A DNA stretch of 63,277 bases from Lama guanicoe. Its lineage: Eukaryota. The translations under genes and the position numbers were made by a program. The notes below the pieces were generated by a model. That model searched no databases, was not told the origin of the DNA, and was given only the letters and a program-made list of their open reading frames with translations. The stretch spans positions 3,808,744 to 3,872,020 of the forward strand of contig MU054212.1 in NCBI GenBank assembly GCA_013239625.1, written 5' to 3'. Shown one piece after another: positions 39,727-54,493 of this stretch. Numbering within the stretch: the first letter of the stretch is position 1; every line of letters starts with the position of its first letter.

Positions 39727-42700
39727 AGTGGAAGCATCGCGACCTTGCACACATTTTCTCCGTTTTAAATTTTATAGCGTTTACGAGTGATTTACAGACT
39801 ATCTTAAAGCAAAGGCATACAATGATATGACAGATGCAAAAGCCTTTGAAATGTTAATATTACACAAAATAAAAAGACAGATTCATTGAGAGAATTCTGA
39901 ACGTCTGCCCACGAAGAAGGATGTTTTTCCAGGCCATGTTTAATTGCATAACTACCCGGCTTAATAAAGCGGGGTACACCGGTAGTAAGCGTGTCTTCTG
40001 ATGTGATGGAAGCTTTGTGGAAAGTGGAAAACTGATTGTACGTATACTGACAATGACGGTTATAATAAATGTTTCTACACTAAGGCTGTAAAATGCTTTA
40101 TTTGCAGTCTGAATTACAGGAAATTAAGTAACTGAATCTTATGTGTAAGGGCTGTCCTTTACCTGCTGACAGACCCCTTGGCGGTCCTCAGTCTATGAGA
40201 TAACTCTCTGTAAGAACACAGAGCGATTTATCTGGCTGGAGACACAAGAGGCATGTGGGGTTTGCTCGTGTTATTTCTTACGTGGAAAGAACTTGTCCAG
40301 CCTGATTTCGTATACAGCTCCCACTATATCTGAAGGGTACCAGCAGAAATGCATTTTGTTTGGTTGACAGTGTTTAAAAATTTTTCAAATAAGTTGTCAA
40401 CCTATAGACTTTGGGATCTTTCACCTGAAAGTAGGAAGTTCTGGTGTAAAACGAGGCTCGAGTTCTGAGACAGCAATTTGTTGGTGCTGAGAACATCCAT
40501 CTCCTTTGGACAAGACAGCATCTCCACCTGGCCTGCTGCACTTAATGCTGTATACATATAACAGCATATTCATTTACAGGTTCTTTTCTTTCTTTCAATA
40601 GTCCTTTCCTACTGCCTTAAGAACCAGAGCAGGAGGAGACTTAAAATGTTTATAGTCTTGGTTCGTTCTTTCTATCATCGATAGGTCAGGCCCGTAGAAA
40701 GTGCTCCTTAAACAATGTGTTGAATAAAAGTCTCAGTGATGATACTCATGCCTGATGTGCACGAGAGCAACCAATTCAAGAAATGTGCCTTGGATCGCAT
40801 GACACGTCACGGCAGCAATTCACCACGGGGAGGAAGGGAGAGACCCTGGGACCCATCACTGAGGCTCCCTGCCGTGGAGAGTCTCCCCATGATGATGCAA
40901 ACGTGTCATGTTCCTCAGACACACTGGTATCTAAAAAAGAGGCACAAACCCACTGATTTACAGGAAACTAGCAAAGGGGCTAAAACACGCCGCTTAACTT
41001 CTCTCTGGGACGGTGTCCCCTGTCCGTTGAAAATACAGGATATAAAAATCTGACAAAGTGTGCAAAAGTGTCCTCAGGTCACAGGGGTAGGTTTTTCTGT
41101 CCACGTCCATCTGTGCCATATGGCAGGGTCCTGACCTGAGGTCCAATTTGAAGCCTTTTGATAAAGGGTCATTCTCTACAAACCTCCTAAATTATACATC
41201 TTTACAGTCCCATGATGCTTTACTTAAACACACAAATTACAACATGTAGGATAAGAATTATAAAGAAATTACAGAGACCGAAAACATTCTCAAGATCACT
41301 GGGTTCATGGCCTTACTTCTGAAGATCATGAAGAAACAATCCCAGAAGAAATCTTTATTTGGTTCCTAAAACTCTCTAGAGAAAAAGTGGATGGAAAAAT
41401 TCTCTTACGATTGTCAACCTTTACAACGTCAGCTTCCCAGAGAAATTCAATTTTCAAAGGAAGGCCAAAGAAAATCTCTTAACTAATGTTTGGAATGTGT
41501 GTTATTTAGCAATGATCATGAGAAGTAGGCATAAAATCAGGGATTTTAGAATATTAACACTGCAAGTAACTGAAAATGCTTTTTTTTTCTCCTGTCTATG
41601 ATTTAAAATGTTTTAAGGGCGATACAATTCTGGGAGAGTTAGTAAGAAGTTAATCAGCAGCTAAAACTCTGGCTCTGCCTTTTCTCATTAAATTCCACTG
41701 ACTTGCAATGATTTACAGCTGGTTCAGAAAAGGATACCACGGATCGACCTTAAGGCACTTGGTTATGTTCAAATAGAATAAAATGCTGCATCAGTATAAT
41801 GTGAAATTCTGGAATCCCAGGCAAAAATTTCAGGAAGCCCCATGGCTGGTAGAATCTTTAGAGTCGTGCACTTACGTCTGTCTTAGAGAATGATGGAAAC
41901 ATTCATTTACCTTTTCACAAGTAGCTCAACCTGATGCCGGTTTCAGATCTGAGAATGTGAAAGAAGGAACCAGCCATCATCTGTCAGGAATGACATAAGG
42001 AGGTTCCCCATGTGAGAGCTCATACTCTCCAAGCAAAAGTCCTTCCAAGTGGGTGTTGTTCCATCCCATCGATTACTGCCACTCGTAGAGGTTAATGATT
42101 TGCCCGAGGTCACGGACTCAGTTAAACGGTGTGGAAGGAGAAAACAGAGACCACCAGAGGAGGGGAAATAACAAAAACGCTGTATCTTGTTGCCTGGACC
42201 AGTGAAGAAATGGACAGAACAGTTTGCTGGCCGTGGGGAAACATGAAGGACTTCAGGTTCTAGAAGTGGAGTTCAAGATGGTTACGCTAACGAGACACTG
42301 GGATCCAGGACTCTGGTTTGTGCACAGCTGGTTAAAGCCTTACCGACTCTGAGTCAGAAAGGAGTCTTCATGTGGGTCCAGCAGCAGTCTGTACCATGAG
42401 GGAGAGGGAGGGCATTCAGAGTCCCTGGTTCGTCCGCCCCCACGGGTAAGGACCAGTGATGGAACACCAGGGCCAGTTTTGCTATCTCCTAGGCAAGGGC
42501 TAGTTCAAGTAGAAAGTGTTCCTTTTATAGTAGAGCCAAGGCAAGTAACTTAAAAATTCCCATCTGGATGAGGTAAACATTTTTAATGTTCCAAGACTGG
42601 ATGACGGAAAGAAAGAAAAATACTAACGTGAAAGTAAATGGACGAAATTTGGAAGCAAAAAAAAAAAAAAGTTATCTAAAAAAGAGCTGACTGTGGCTCA

Positions 42701-44305
42701 GGCAGGGGACTCCAGAAAGACAAGAAAAAGAATGGAAGTTGGAAGAGGAGAACGTTATCTCTCCTTATATAGCTCCTGGCATTAAAATAACTGAATAAGG
42801 GAGTGATAAGGTATCAACACATTACCATACAACTGCTGACAAGGAAGCTGAATACTGAATACCCTTGCAAGCTTTATGCAGATTACATCACAACCCGACT
42901 TTCCGATTTTCTTTTCCAGCAAAATATAGCTATGGCAGTAACGATCTCCACAGGCAAACTGACGTGGAAACCTAAATTGATTCTATGCATTATTAAAGCC
43001 CCCCCTCCCCAGTAGAAGATCTGCTAGCAGCTTTTCTAGCTTGAACCATAAACCTGATAGAGATAAAATCACTTTGGGACTTAAGATACAGATGAAGGTC
43101 CCCCATCCTGTGTTCATCTACACCTTTCTCTCACTGGAATCCTCACGATGGTGGGGAGCTGAGTCCCCATTACACACGTTCATCGCTTCTGTTTCCGTGG
43201 CTTACTGTTCATGCTGCCCTGTCACAGCGTCTTTTAAAATTCTTTGTAAAATTCTGTTTTCAGAATTCTGGGTGAGCCAAAGATGCTTTTGTGTGTGTTT
43301 GTGTGTGCAAAATTGTGGTTCTGCCTCAAACACTAGCACTGTTGAAATTTTTATCACAACCTACTTCCCATTGTAAAATTATGGCACATTTTTTTTGGAA
43401 ACATATGCAGTAGAGACAATTCAGTCTGATGTGGATTCAACAAATACTTTCTGAAGAGTCTCCTGGGTCATAGACTTGCTTAATGACCTCACAGGGCTTT
43501 TAGTCTAGTGCCCTTTAAAAGGACACCCTTTAAGATCATGAAAACATAATAAAGTATTACAAAAAATTATGGAAGGTGAAGGTGTAGGCAGCTGTCAAAA
43601 GAGATGCTTCTGAAAGAACTAAGGATGTGGATACAAAGAGAATTTCTAGCAGAGCTCAGGGCTGCAGAAAGATGACGTTTCTCCCAAAATCTGGGATGTC
43701 TTTTATCCTACTGTTCGTAACTTCCCATTCTTTCCATGTAATTCAGTTACAGCCTTACAAAAATGGACCTATTTTCTTAACTCTTTCAAGCACTGTCTGT
43801 CTTGGGAGACAGAAAGCATAGTCTTCCAAATGCATCTTCAGTAACACATGCTCACCTCCAGCTCCAACTTCTCCTTAATAAAATAAAAATGTCACCACTC
43901 TGACAAGGTCAGAGTCATTCTTTCTTAGCACGGCCTATTATTCTATCTGGGAGGAAATCTAAAAATAGGTAATAAAGTCATGACAACATTGGGTTGGGAA
44001 CATGGCAACAGAGTGTCAAAATCCTTCACTCCCGTATGCCACATGGTTTTGGAAATTTCCGAAAGAGACATATTCTTTGCTTTAAGATAAATTTACACAC
44101 GAAGTCAATACGGAAGACGGAGTACAGTATTGTGATTTAAAAACTCGATTCTGAAATCAGAGCACCTTGATTCAAATCCTGGCTCTACTGGAATACAACT
44201 GGGTGACCTTGGGCGGGTTACATAAATTTTCTGGGCTAACCTTCAAGTACTCAGCCTTTGGACAGAAAAGTGAATGAAGACTTCATTGGTGGAAAAAGTC
44301 TACAG

Positions 44306-44528
44306 CAGGGATCAACTTTCAATTTAAGGACCAGATAGTAAATATTTTAGGCTTTTGGGGGCTATCCAGTCTCTGTTGAAATACGTCAACTCTGCTCTGC
44401 TTTGTAAAAGGAGACACAGACGAGACATAAACTATGGGCACACTGTGTGGCTGTGCTCCAATGCAACTGTTTTTATAAATACAGGCGGTAGGTCAATCTG
44501 GCCAACTTGTAGAACTTTGGCCAATACC
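44306..44528 (-). mobile_element. MER58A-like MITE
   Basis: aaggaccagatagtaaatattttaggctttt...caactctgc...tgtggctgtgctccaat, i.e. antisense MER58A. Confidence 0.7.
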
Positions 44529-46639
44529 ACTTAGTATCTTAGCTTTCTTTCTTTTTTTTTTCTCTTTTTTGTTTTTCTGCATACTGGTAACATCTACTCA
44601 GCATACAAATCTTTATCCCTTTATTACGAAGATATTGGCAACTTTCCACTCCTCTAAAACGAAATGTAACAAACTTATAATTCGTCAGGAAGAATGAAAT
44701 TTAAGATGAATTACATAAAATATTGTGTTGGCTTATGTGAAGTGATAGGGGTAGCAAATAAAAAGCCCCGTGCAAATCAACTGCACGTTCATAATATTTA
44801 CTGCCCCGCAGGGAACGGGCACTGACCAGTTCAGAATATATGTTGTCTGTAGGCAGTGCGAGTCACCTGGCCATGAGGGCTTTCGAGAATAGCATGAAAA
44901 AAGGAACAGCAACGTGGTAACCCAATTCCCAGTGAAACTTTCCTCTTGTGAAATCAATGTCACTCTTTTAATAACTAATACACACTGTAGTGTTTGCAGG
45001 TAGGTATAAATGGATGAATAACTTGGGAACATACTTAAGAGAATGTGCTTCAGCCAACAGTGAAAACGTTGAAAGTGATCTCTGTAAGTACGTCCAGAGT
45101 CAGCCATCTGTTAGTTCGCTTATAAAGCAGAATGATTTTGTAAAGCAATTATTTCAAAGAATCAAATAACCAGTTTCACCCTCTGCTTGAGTCAGAGGGG
45201 GCGTGCTTGGTTACCCACACTGGGGCTGGTTCCTGAGACTGGCAGGAAAGCTAGAGAGACCGTCCTGGGCTCAGGGAAGTGGCTGGTTTGGTCTCCATGG
45301 ACTTTCTCTTACCTGTGCTCCATCCTTCTGTCTTGGCATCTAGCCTAGATTTTAGATTTTAGTTTCTGCTTCCCAGATTGTATTCTCAGATTAAAAAACA
45401 AAACAAAACAAAAGAAACTTGGCTCCTCAAATTGCTTCTCCAGTGTCTAAGTTTGTCAATGTCAAAATGTGTTCAGTTCTGCAAGCCATGCTTAACAAAC
45501 TCATTGGATCTTGTCCTTTGCTTTAAAACCAGATTACCGACGGTCATCTAATAAGCTATGGCTAAGTGCCCAGTCTCGCTGGTCCTGCCCAGTAACACCT
45601 GCGTGCTGTTGACCAGCACAAGTAAAGAAAACATCGTTCCTGTGTCAGCCAGTGCAGTGCCTAAGAACTGAGGCTGTCCAGTCACAGGGACTTGGGTTTG
45701 AAAACCGGACTGACAGCAGCACATATACTGCATAGGATTGTTGGGAAGATTATAAAAGACACGTGAACTAAGGGCAGAGCTCAGTGTCTAACACAGAACA
45801 AGTATGTAGTGAAATTCCAGCATTTATGAATATGATCATCATTAGCTGAAGACCTCAGAGATCTCAAAAAATGCAAGTGAAGTCAGCAGGGTGTAATGGT
45901 TCAATTAACCCTGCAGTTAGACTTGCAAACTAGAGATTCAGGAAGAGGCCCCAATGCACCAACATTCTGTGAGTGCCTGCCAGGTGCCCACTGTCCTAGA
46001 TACTGGAATTAAAAAAAAAAAAGTCAACGTGACAAGTCCGTGGTCTCACAGGGCTTGAGGTTGGGACTAGGGCTGCACACAAGATCCCAAAACAGAGGTG
46101 GACGTGGGATGCTGTGGGAGCCCAGAGCAGAGACATGTGATTCACCCTGGGACCCCAAGAGAAGGTGCCTTGAGATGGAATCTTGGTGGCTGAACAGACG
46201 TAGGCAGGGAAAGACCATGGAGCAAAAGTGGAAAATAGCGTGACACCGGTTAGACGCATGGGAGGTTCAGTTCTACTGCAGTTGAAAATGCAAGCGGGAA
46301 GGGCAATGAGAGGAGAAATGATGCCATCAGCCCCCATTCCTCAAAGTCAAACCCAGAGGCACAGAACCGTGGGTTCGCTCCCCAGGGAAGGGAAAGTTGC
46401 CCTCCCGGGTGTCTGGTGAGTCTGACACACAGTGAGCTGCTCTCGCTCCTGCATCTCCTCTGTGTCCAGGGATCCACTTCTTTCTGACCTATCTGATGGG
46501 TCAGAAGGATGCACTTGGTCTAGCGACACACTGTGGGAGGGGACTGAGAAATGCTCTTCTCAGTGAACCTCAGAAAAGATTCTCTAAACACAGGTACCCA
46601 GCCTGGGTGGGCAGAGATCTCCAGCTGGTCACCCAGCCC

Positions 46640-46960
46640 ATTTATTCTCCTCTCAAGGCAGGAGTGGAAGTGATGTGTGTCACTTCCAGGCCTGGCCCAT
46701 AAAAATCTCCCACAAATCATCTCCTGTGCTCTGTCATGTATGGCTAGGGTGACCTTGGACGCCACATGTGGAAGACGGGGGAGCCACTGACCCTCTGAGT
46801 CCCTGAGTGACTGTGTGGAGTGGTGGGGACCTTCTCCCCTTTCAAACTCCCATGACCCAAAACCCAAGCACTGCCATGTAAGCAAGAAATACACTTCAGT
46901 GAGGCTTGGGTCACTCCAGTGAAATCTTAATTTGTTCCAGCAACTAGCCTATTTTAACAG
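46640..46960 (+). mobile_element. MLT1-like MaLR LTR fragment
   Basis: ggaagtgatgtgtgtcacttccaggcctgg...gagtccctgagtgactgtgtggag...tgtaagcaagaaatacacttc. Confidence 0.65.
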
Positions 46961-49849
46961 CCACATCTGCCTAAAAATATCAGTGGCTAATCTACATTCT
47001 TTTTAAAAAAATCACTAATATAGAAACCCATCTCAAGGTTTCAGAGCAACGTAGTACCTCCTCCTCACAGAAATCTGTTTTTGTTCATCCAAACTGCAAA
47101 AATTATTGTATAATTGAATCCAAGTCTGCAAAAATAGGTATCTACAAAGGATAGGCTGATAACAGAAATCAAAGTGTGAATAAAAAGAAACCAACAATGA
47201 TTGGAACATGCTTGCTGCTTGAAGAAGTCTCTGTTTAGTTTCCAACAATTGTTGCCATGTCAGAATGCAGGCTAGCTTTCCATTTTTTCAAGAGGATGGG
47301 GAGAACTAGAATTTTTGTGAATTTATTCACAGTTTTTAAACTCTGCAAGCTGAATAAAGCACAGCCATGGACTTTTGATGAGCAGACCTCCCTGCGTATG
47401 AATTGTGACCATCAAGTGACCCAGAATCCCGCTTTCAGACGTGTCCCCAGACTGTCGGGGCTGGTAGCAGGGACTTTACCTGAGAGCTCAGAACCATCTC
47501 TGATGCAGAAGAAACTAGCCCAGAGCACACCTCTAAGATTCAAGAAATCAAAGTTGGAAAGTCAGGGTCCTCATGGTGCTGAACTGTGAAAAGTGGGGGG
47601 CCCAGGAGGTGCCGGGTCCTGTCACAAGTGACAGAGAAAAATATGTAGCCAATCGTGATGCTACCTTCATCTCAGCAGCAGCAGCAGCAAGTGTGGGATT
47701 CAGACGTGGTACCCAGTGGATGACAAGGGCCAAGAATCCAAGAATGACCAAGAGATGGCGTGGTATCTTGAAGGAGCTACTCATACTTTCCGTCAGGACC
47801 AGCTCGGACCAGGCTCGGCGTGCATCTCGAACGAGTCGACTCTGCCTGCGGGGATGACAATCCTGCCCCTTAAGGCTGCCACAGCCCCCCTGAGCCACCG
47901 GCCCTGATCGCAAGGACTCCAGTGTCCACTGAGCGTCATTTGAGAAACCTCCCGATGTGACAGGAGCTCCTTCCTTCACAGGCCCAGAGTCCCCCAGACA
48001 GCCCAGCGCCTTGAGAATGAAAAGTTTTCCAAGTTAAACTTTAAGAGCAGAGAAAACTGCTGTATGTCCCGCAGCCTACTTCAAAGAGGGGGGCTGCCTT
48101 CTTCCAATAAATTCAAATGACATTCTGAAAGGCACTGTTTGAATCGCCAGGCTGAGCCCAAGCTTTTGTCAAGGATGGTACATCTCATGGTAAAGATACC
48201 ATCTTCTCTGGGCTCAGGCCCACTGGGACCTAATCCCCGGGTCACCACTTTCTAACACTGGACTAGGGGAGGCTCAGATGACAGGACGGCTACAAAGCAC
48301 TTGGCACAGTGCCTACCGCACGCACAGGGCGTCCCTCCCCCCAGACAGCAGCCTTCGCTATTATTAAGGAGAACGGAGCTGGGTAACATCAAGAGGTTGA
48401 CGCAGTGGCTGTTTACAGTGAACACCAGCGAGCGCCATAAATATAATACACACTCCATAAATGTTTGTTTAATATAAGAGGAGCAATTGTAATTAAGTCT
48501 GAGCTTTAAAGAGCAGGAAGCTAACAGTTTCTGTTTCCTGTCCTGGGGCTAGAAGGAGATGGTTCCAGGGGACGTGAGCTCTCAGTTGTGTATATTGTAC
48601 ATTCACCTTGATTTTATTAGTGATGCTGATACGGAAGGAACTAGATACGAAGACCATTAAAAGGGATACAGTGTCTGCAACCAGCCCCACTGGCCAAAAG
48701 GGCACTGAAGGACGTTTGCTAACGAGGGTAATTAAACATGACTTGATAACCACCCACAGCCCCGCAGTGAAACAGATAAAGAAGGGCCCTCACCCTCTGA
48801 AAAGAGACCGGGCATTATACTGAGGCTGTCCAACTGCCAACAGCCCCGGGACGGGACAATGGTCCTGTTCAGAGCACGTAGCATGCCAATTTCAAATGTG
48901 GGCCCGACCTTGTCTCCTGACAATCAAAGTCAGAGCAGGACGCCCACATGCGCTGAGAAAAAGGCTACCCTACACAAGACAAGAAAAAAGATACAGAGGT
49001 GGGGATTTTATTTTTTTATTTTTTTGGTTTGTTTGTTTTATTTTTCTTTTCTGAGGCCCTAGATTTTTAGCTATTTTGTTAAAGAAATTAGCAACCTGCT
49101 GTTTTGGCACAGAACTTAAGCAGAGATGCTTATCAACAGCCAGGAAGGTAAGGGCCATTCCTTGTAAAGGACTCTCTTGCTTTGTTTTCTTTCTAATCAG
49201 TTGGTTCCTCAAGGATGCTTTCTCTTGGCAGGAAGACTAGGAATCCTGGCTAGCCAGCTTTAGGCGAGGCATCGTAGCCTCCTGGGCACAGGAGCCTTTG
49301 CATGTAACCACAAGCATTCACCAACTACCGAACCTGACCTCTAAGATCTACCCACGTTTTAAAGCTGATGATTCTGTAAGACTGCATGGCTAAGACGGCC
49401 AGCAGCCATGGCCTGACGCTGACCGGCTGTGTCTGCCTCCTACGGTACAGTCTCCAACTACATCTAGAGGTAACACCCATGCTCCGTACAATACCAGAAG
49501 GGTCTAATAAAAATCGACTAAAACTTGTCTAGAATGTGACATGGCACCAATTCCATTTCAGAGGCTCACTCTTGTAAAGAAATAATGTCTTCTTAAAAAA
49601 ATAAAAAAGTATTAAAAAAGTATGAGCCAGAGTCTGTTGCCAAAAAGGCTTAATGCACACTGCAAGGAAAGAGAATTTCTAACAGGGAGCCACGTGTGCA
49701 TTATGGTCAATAGTATACAGTGTATTTCATAAAACTGAATGTCTCAGGAACTGACTATGATTTTAAGATTTAAAAGCACTGGCATCTTATTTAGAAAATA
49801 GAGAAGCATTTGGAATAAATTCACTTAGAAAGTAAGAGTACCGAGTAAA

Positions 49850-51260
49850 GGGTTTCTTTCTGTAAAGGAAAAAAAAAGTAAGTAATAAAGTCAACTTAAA
49901 AAAAAATCTTGATGAATTCAGCTGGAGAAATCATCCTAACAGAAATGAAGCTATATTAGAAAACTATAGTAATGGAAACAGCAAGGCACTGGCCCAAGAA
50001 GAGACCAGCAGGACAAACAGTACAGTGCAGAGCGTCCCGAACCCACCTGCGGACCTGCACGTGTATAACCACCTGCTTTATGACCAATAAACCACTGCAA
50101 TGCAGTCATCTTTTTAAGGGTTATCTTTTTTTTTAACAAACAGTGCTGGATAGCCACATAGGCAAAAACAAAAGGAGATCCCTGCACCTTATCTTATACT
50201 GTGTGAATAGTTCATTACAGACAGATCACAGACTTCACGTGATAGGTGAAACCATAAAGCTTCAAGAAGAGAAGTTTTTTTTTTTTTTTTAGGAAGGGGG
50301 ATTCATTAACTCGGGGTACTTTTCTTAAATAGGTATAAATGCACTATCTATAATGGAAAAAATGGATAAATTGGACTTCATTAAAATGAAAAAACTTCCG
50401 TTCATCATAAGGTACTGTTAAGAGAATAAAGAAGCAGCTACAGAATAGAAGAGATTGACAATACATTTATCTGACCAAGAACTGATATCCGTAATATATA
50501 AGGACCTCCTACAAATCAATAAGAAAAAGACAGACAGACCAATAGAAAAGTAAGCCAATAAGCGGAACAGAAACTTCACAAGGAAGATATCAAAATGGCA
50601 AGTAAGTCGGTAGGAACATCCCGATTAAGTCATAATGAGGCACTCGCCATCAGAGGGGCTGAACTTCTTAGACTGAAAACCGCCAAGTGCCAGTGAGGAT
50701 GCAGGGCAACTGGAACGCTCACGTATGTCTGTGGTCAGGGCAGGTGTGAATGGGTACAGTCACTCTGGAAAACAGGCAGGATTGTACAAAGCTTGTACAT
50801 AAGCACATTCGAGGACCCAGAGATTCGACCCCTGTGCACCGTACCAACAGAAATGCCCCAAAACACACCCACAAGAACTTTCATACCAGTTTTGCTCATA
50901 AGGACTTGAGTGGATCAGCTCTAATGTCCTAGTGTAGTAAAATGGATAAATAAAATGTGGTTAGCTCGTACATATGAACAGTATTCGGCAAGGACAAAAA
51001 AAGTACTACTTCTAGATACAGCATGGATGAATCTTACAGATAGAATGCTGAGTAAAAGAAACCAGAAAAATACCTACTGTATGACATCCATTTTTACAAT
51101 AAAATCCCAAACCAGGTAATGCCAGTCTATGGTGATAGAAATAGAAAACCCAGGGTACTACTGACAGAGGGCATCCTGCCTGGCAGCGGGTACGAGGGAA
51201 GCCTCGGAGGGGATGGAAATGTGCTTTGTGGACATGAATGGTGGTTATACTCTTAAGCCT
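49850..51260 (+). mobile_element. Old L1 (L1MC/ME-type) 3' portion; boundaries approximate
   Basis: Motifs such as gataaattggacttcattaaaatgaaaaaacttccgttcatca and ctcctacaaatcaataagaaaaagacag. Confidence 0.7.
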
Positions 51261-51953
51261 GGAGGAAGCCTTCTGTGTCTGGTTGGGAACAGAGAAAATC
51301 GTGAGATTCTCATTTGCACACTGATGACAAGAACAAGGCAGACAGGTCACTAACTCACTGACTTCTGAGGCCATCAGATAGCTGAGGACACAAGGAGACC
51401 TTACTGGATGAAAATAAAGAATGTGACAAGCCCTTTCTAGGACAAAAAAGACCCACAGCGGCTCTTATCCCAGGACGAGGAGTGAGAAGGAGAGAGTCAT
51501 TAAATGGTAAAAGGACAAATCACCCTGACTTTGAAAAAACGTTAGTGGCCATGAGCGACAGTGACCTAAGTTAAGGCAGTGGCCTTGAAGATGGTGCAAG
51601 TGAACGGATTTCATGGGCCACTTTAGAGAGGGAGGAGACAGAACCCCAGGTGCAGGTACAGTATTCCCACACTTCATATTTTATTCCTCCGTTACGAGGT
51701 AAAAATTAGAATGAATAAAAAGCCCATTATGTAATTTTGTCACAATTTTCAATAATGAGACCTGCAAATGGAAATCATTTACAGGATCAGAGATGGGCGG
51801 AAGCTCTTGCTCTAGACTAAAATGCCATCAAGGAAGCAAAAGTCTACAATACGATGTCACTGGAAGACCAGTACTAAAGGAATAAATGAGTCACTGAGGT
51901 CAATACAGAGAAAGTTCCAGAAAAATCTTTGGACTCTGAAGAAAGTGGGTAGG

Positions 51954-52077
51954 GAGGGGAGGGCACCACTCAGTGGTAGAGCATGTGCTTAGCATGCAAA
52001 AGGTCCTGGGTTCAATCCCCAGCACCTTCATTAAAAAAAATTACACCCCCACTCCCCCCACAAAAAAACTACCAAAA
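51954..52077 (+). mobile_element. tRNA-derived SINE (camelid Vic-1-like) with TSD
   Basis: A-box ctcagtggtagag, B-box ggttcaatccc, A-rich tail; TSD aaagtgggtagg at 51942-51953 and 52078-52089. Confidence 0.85.
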
Positions 52078-52262
52078 AAAGTGGGTAGGAAGCAACAGGT
52101 TCATGCCCAAGAGTTAATCCGGGAGCAAAGAAAACTTTCAGGTCAGGGAAAGAAGAGGCTGAAGATTTATGATGATAATTTTAATAAATCTTGCACTAGG
52201 TAAGTTTCACCATTTGGTCTCAAGCATCCATCGAAGTGGAGAAACTCAATAAAGAAAGTAAG

Positions 52263-52470
52263 AGACTGGGATTTCAAAATTGTAGAATAGATAAACAAGA
52301 TTACACTGTATAGCACAGGGAAATATACACAAAATGTTATGATAAATCACAGAGGAAAAAATGTGACAATGAGTGTGTATATGTCCATGAATGACTGAAA
52401 AATTGTGCTGAACACTGGAATTTGACACAACACTGTAAAATGATTATGAATCAATAAAAAATGTAAAAAA
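52263..52470 (+). mobile_element. 5'-truncated young L1 3' end with TSD
   Basis: ...actgaaaaattgtgctgaacactggaatttgacacaacactgtaaaatg...tcaataaaaa plus A tail; perfect TSD aaagaaagtaag at 52251-52262 and 52471-52482. Confidence 0.85.
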
Positions 52471-54353
52471 AAAGAAAGTAAGTCTTTCCTAAAATAACTA
52501 CAACAATAAAACTTCATTAAAGAATTTCTTAAAGGAATTGGTGGGGAGGAGAAAGGCAGATCAGGTGACAGCGGGTGCCCTGGTCCAGACCCTTGGATGC
52601 TGAGAAGTACCTTGGTTCTTGATTCTATCCAGCATCCCGTTATGCACGGTGTCCTGTCCTTCTAGTCATTACTATGTTTACCAAAGCTTCATTGAGCTGG
52701 GTTGAGGTTTATGCTTAGAAAATTAGGCACAATGACATGAAAACTAAAATGCTGAAGGAAGATTTATGAGATAATGTGCTGAGTATAACGTTTGCTGATG
52801 TTGAACACAGCTCAGGAAAGTGAAAGGATAGATTAACGAGGGATTAAGCCAAACATGAATTTTAATATCCAAAGACATTTATACGCAAGAAACCCTGGGG
52901 TATATTTATAGAGCCACTTTAATTAGTCAGTATTCAAAACAGCTTTACGCACGAGTCAAGTTTTCAACAGATTTTAAATCTGCATCTCTTCTAAATGAGG
53001 GAGTTGAGGTACTGTAAACCTAGCACGGAGTCGGAGATGCGGGCTTGAGTTCTGACTCTGCCAGTTACAAACTCTGAGAGCAAAGCACGAAATCTGCTCA
53101 AACGGAAAATGGGAATCTCTTAACGGGCCCTCACAAAGACAGAACACAACAATGGATGTGAGTGTGCTTTGTAAAGCAGAATGCGATACGTTATTTCCTC
53201 CAAGGAGTGAAAAAGAGAAAGAGAACATACGTTCAAGAATTTTGCTCTTTTTCAAGTTAGTCTGTGGGAATGACAGGGCTATCAAATGAATCAAAGAAAC
53301 ATGTGTCACAGTGACTTCTTGTGGATTATACAGATGTCTTCCAGATAGTTAACTGCACCAGAGTAGCTAGTTTAGGCTGTAACAACAGACAGACCTGGAT
53401 TCAAATCCTGCCTCTGCCACTCCCTAGCTGTCTGAGTTTATCGACGCCTACCATCCGTAGGCTGTTTCTTAACACAAACGTGGAGACAGTTGCAGCCCAG
53501 TCTCACAGGTTTCAAAGATTTAAGGGATAACGGCATTTAATGTACTTATAGCAGAACGCCCCGTACAGAGCACGGACTTCATAAACGTGAGCTATTCTGA
53601 TATCTAAGACACTGCTTCCGAGCAGATAAAGTTCTTCTTTTTCCACCTATTGGTCATTCCGGTCCTTGAATGGGGATGCAGCTCCTTATGCACAAAGTGA
53701 TACGGAAGCTCATATTATTTATTTTACAGCCAGCCGGGAACTGCAACATTGACTGAGCAACTGTATGAGCTCGTCACCATGAAAAAACACTTACGGATAC
53801 AGAGATGACCTAGACATTGTCTCTAAGGTCAAGTATTTCTCAAGAACATAATATTCGTGAGGGCAAACCTTTGTGGGCTCTGCCCATCTCTGTGTCCCCA
53901 GTGACTACCACAGTGCCTGGGAATAATGACTTTTCTTGGTAAATGTCTCTGAAATAAATAGTCTAGTGCTTTTTCTGCCATACATGCACAATTCCAAATT
54001 CCAACACAGAAACTACTTTTACTTGTATTTTGAATAGCCAATGAAGGAAAAACTGTAAAAGAAAAACATTTTTATTAGTACACATCTAATTGGCATTAGG
54101 TGTCAACCCTAGGCTCCTTGAAATAGCATCCATGATTATCTTGCAGGACAAATACAGTGACATTCGGTACTCTGAAAAAAAAAATTCAAGAAATATGCAG
54201 CACAGGTTGGAAAAAATTCACCAAGCGTTAGATAGTGTGATAAAGGAAAAGAAACTTGATACCATCGCCCTCTGACTCCATGTATTCATATTTTCTCACG
54301 ATGCTAATTGTATGATCATAAAATTCCACTTAAAGATCTAAACTATTGCTTAC

Positions 54354-54493
54354 CTGGTCTTCTTCTCCTCCACCTTCTTCGTCATATTTTAAAATATTAT
54401 CTCTTACATCATCCTCTGGATCAATTAAAAGCTGTTTGGCCTGACGTTCTTTATCCCGACGCTTCATCCATACCACAAACATCAGAACGAGGA
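54354..54493 (-). CDS. CDH2: N-cadherin coding exon (exon 14 equivalent; end of TM, juxtamembrane p120-binding core)
   Basis: (I)[50 protein letters not shown] flanks; 140 nt. Confidence 0.98.

Noticed and set aside
46667..46688. Perfect 8-bp hairpin ggaagtga-N6-tcacttcc
   Set aside because: Lies within the MLT1-like LTR and is too short to imply a structured RNA.
47257..47979. Cluster of 60-143-aa ORFs with a short (CAG)5 run
   Set aside because: Moderately GC-rich intron sequence; the poly-Ala comes from the microsatellite; no homology recognised.
51961..52030. tRNA-like sequences (also at ~39650-39725 and ~62700-62770)
   Set aside because: Acceptor stems are broken and each has an A-rich tail and TSD, so they are SINEs, not tRNA genes.
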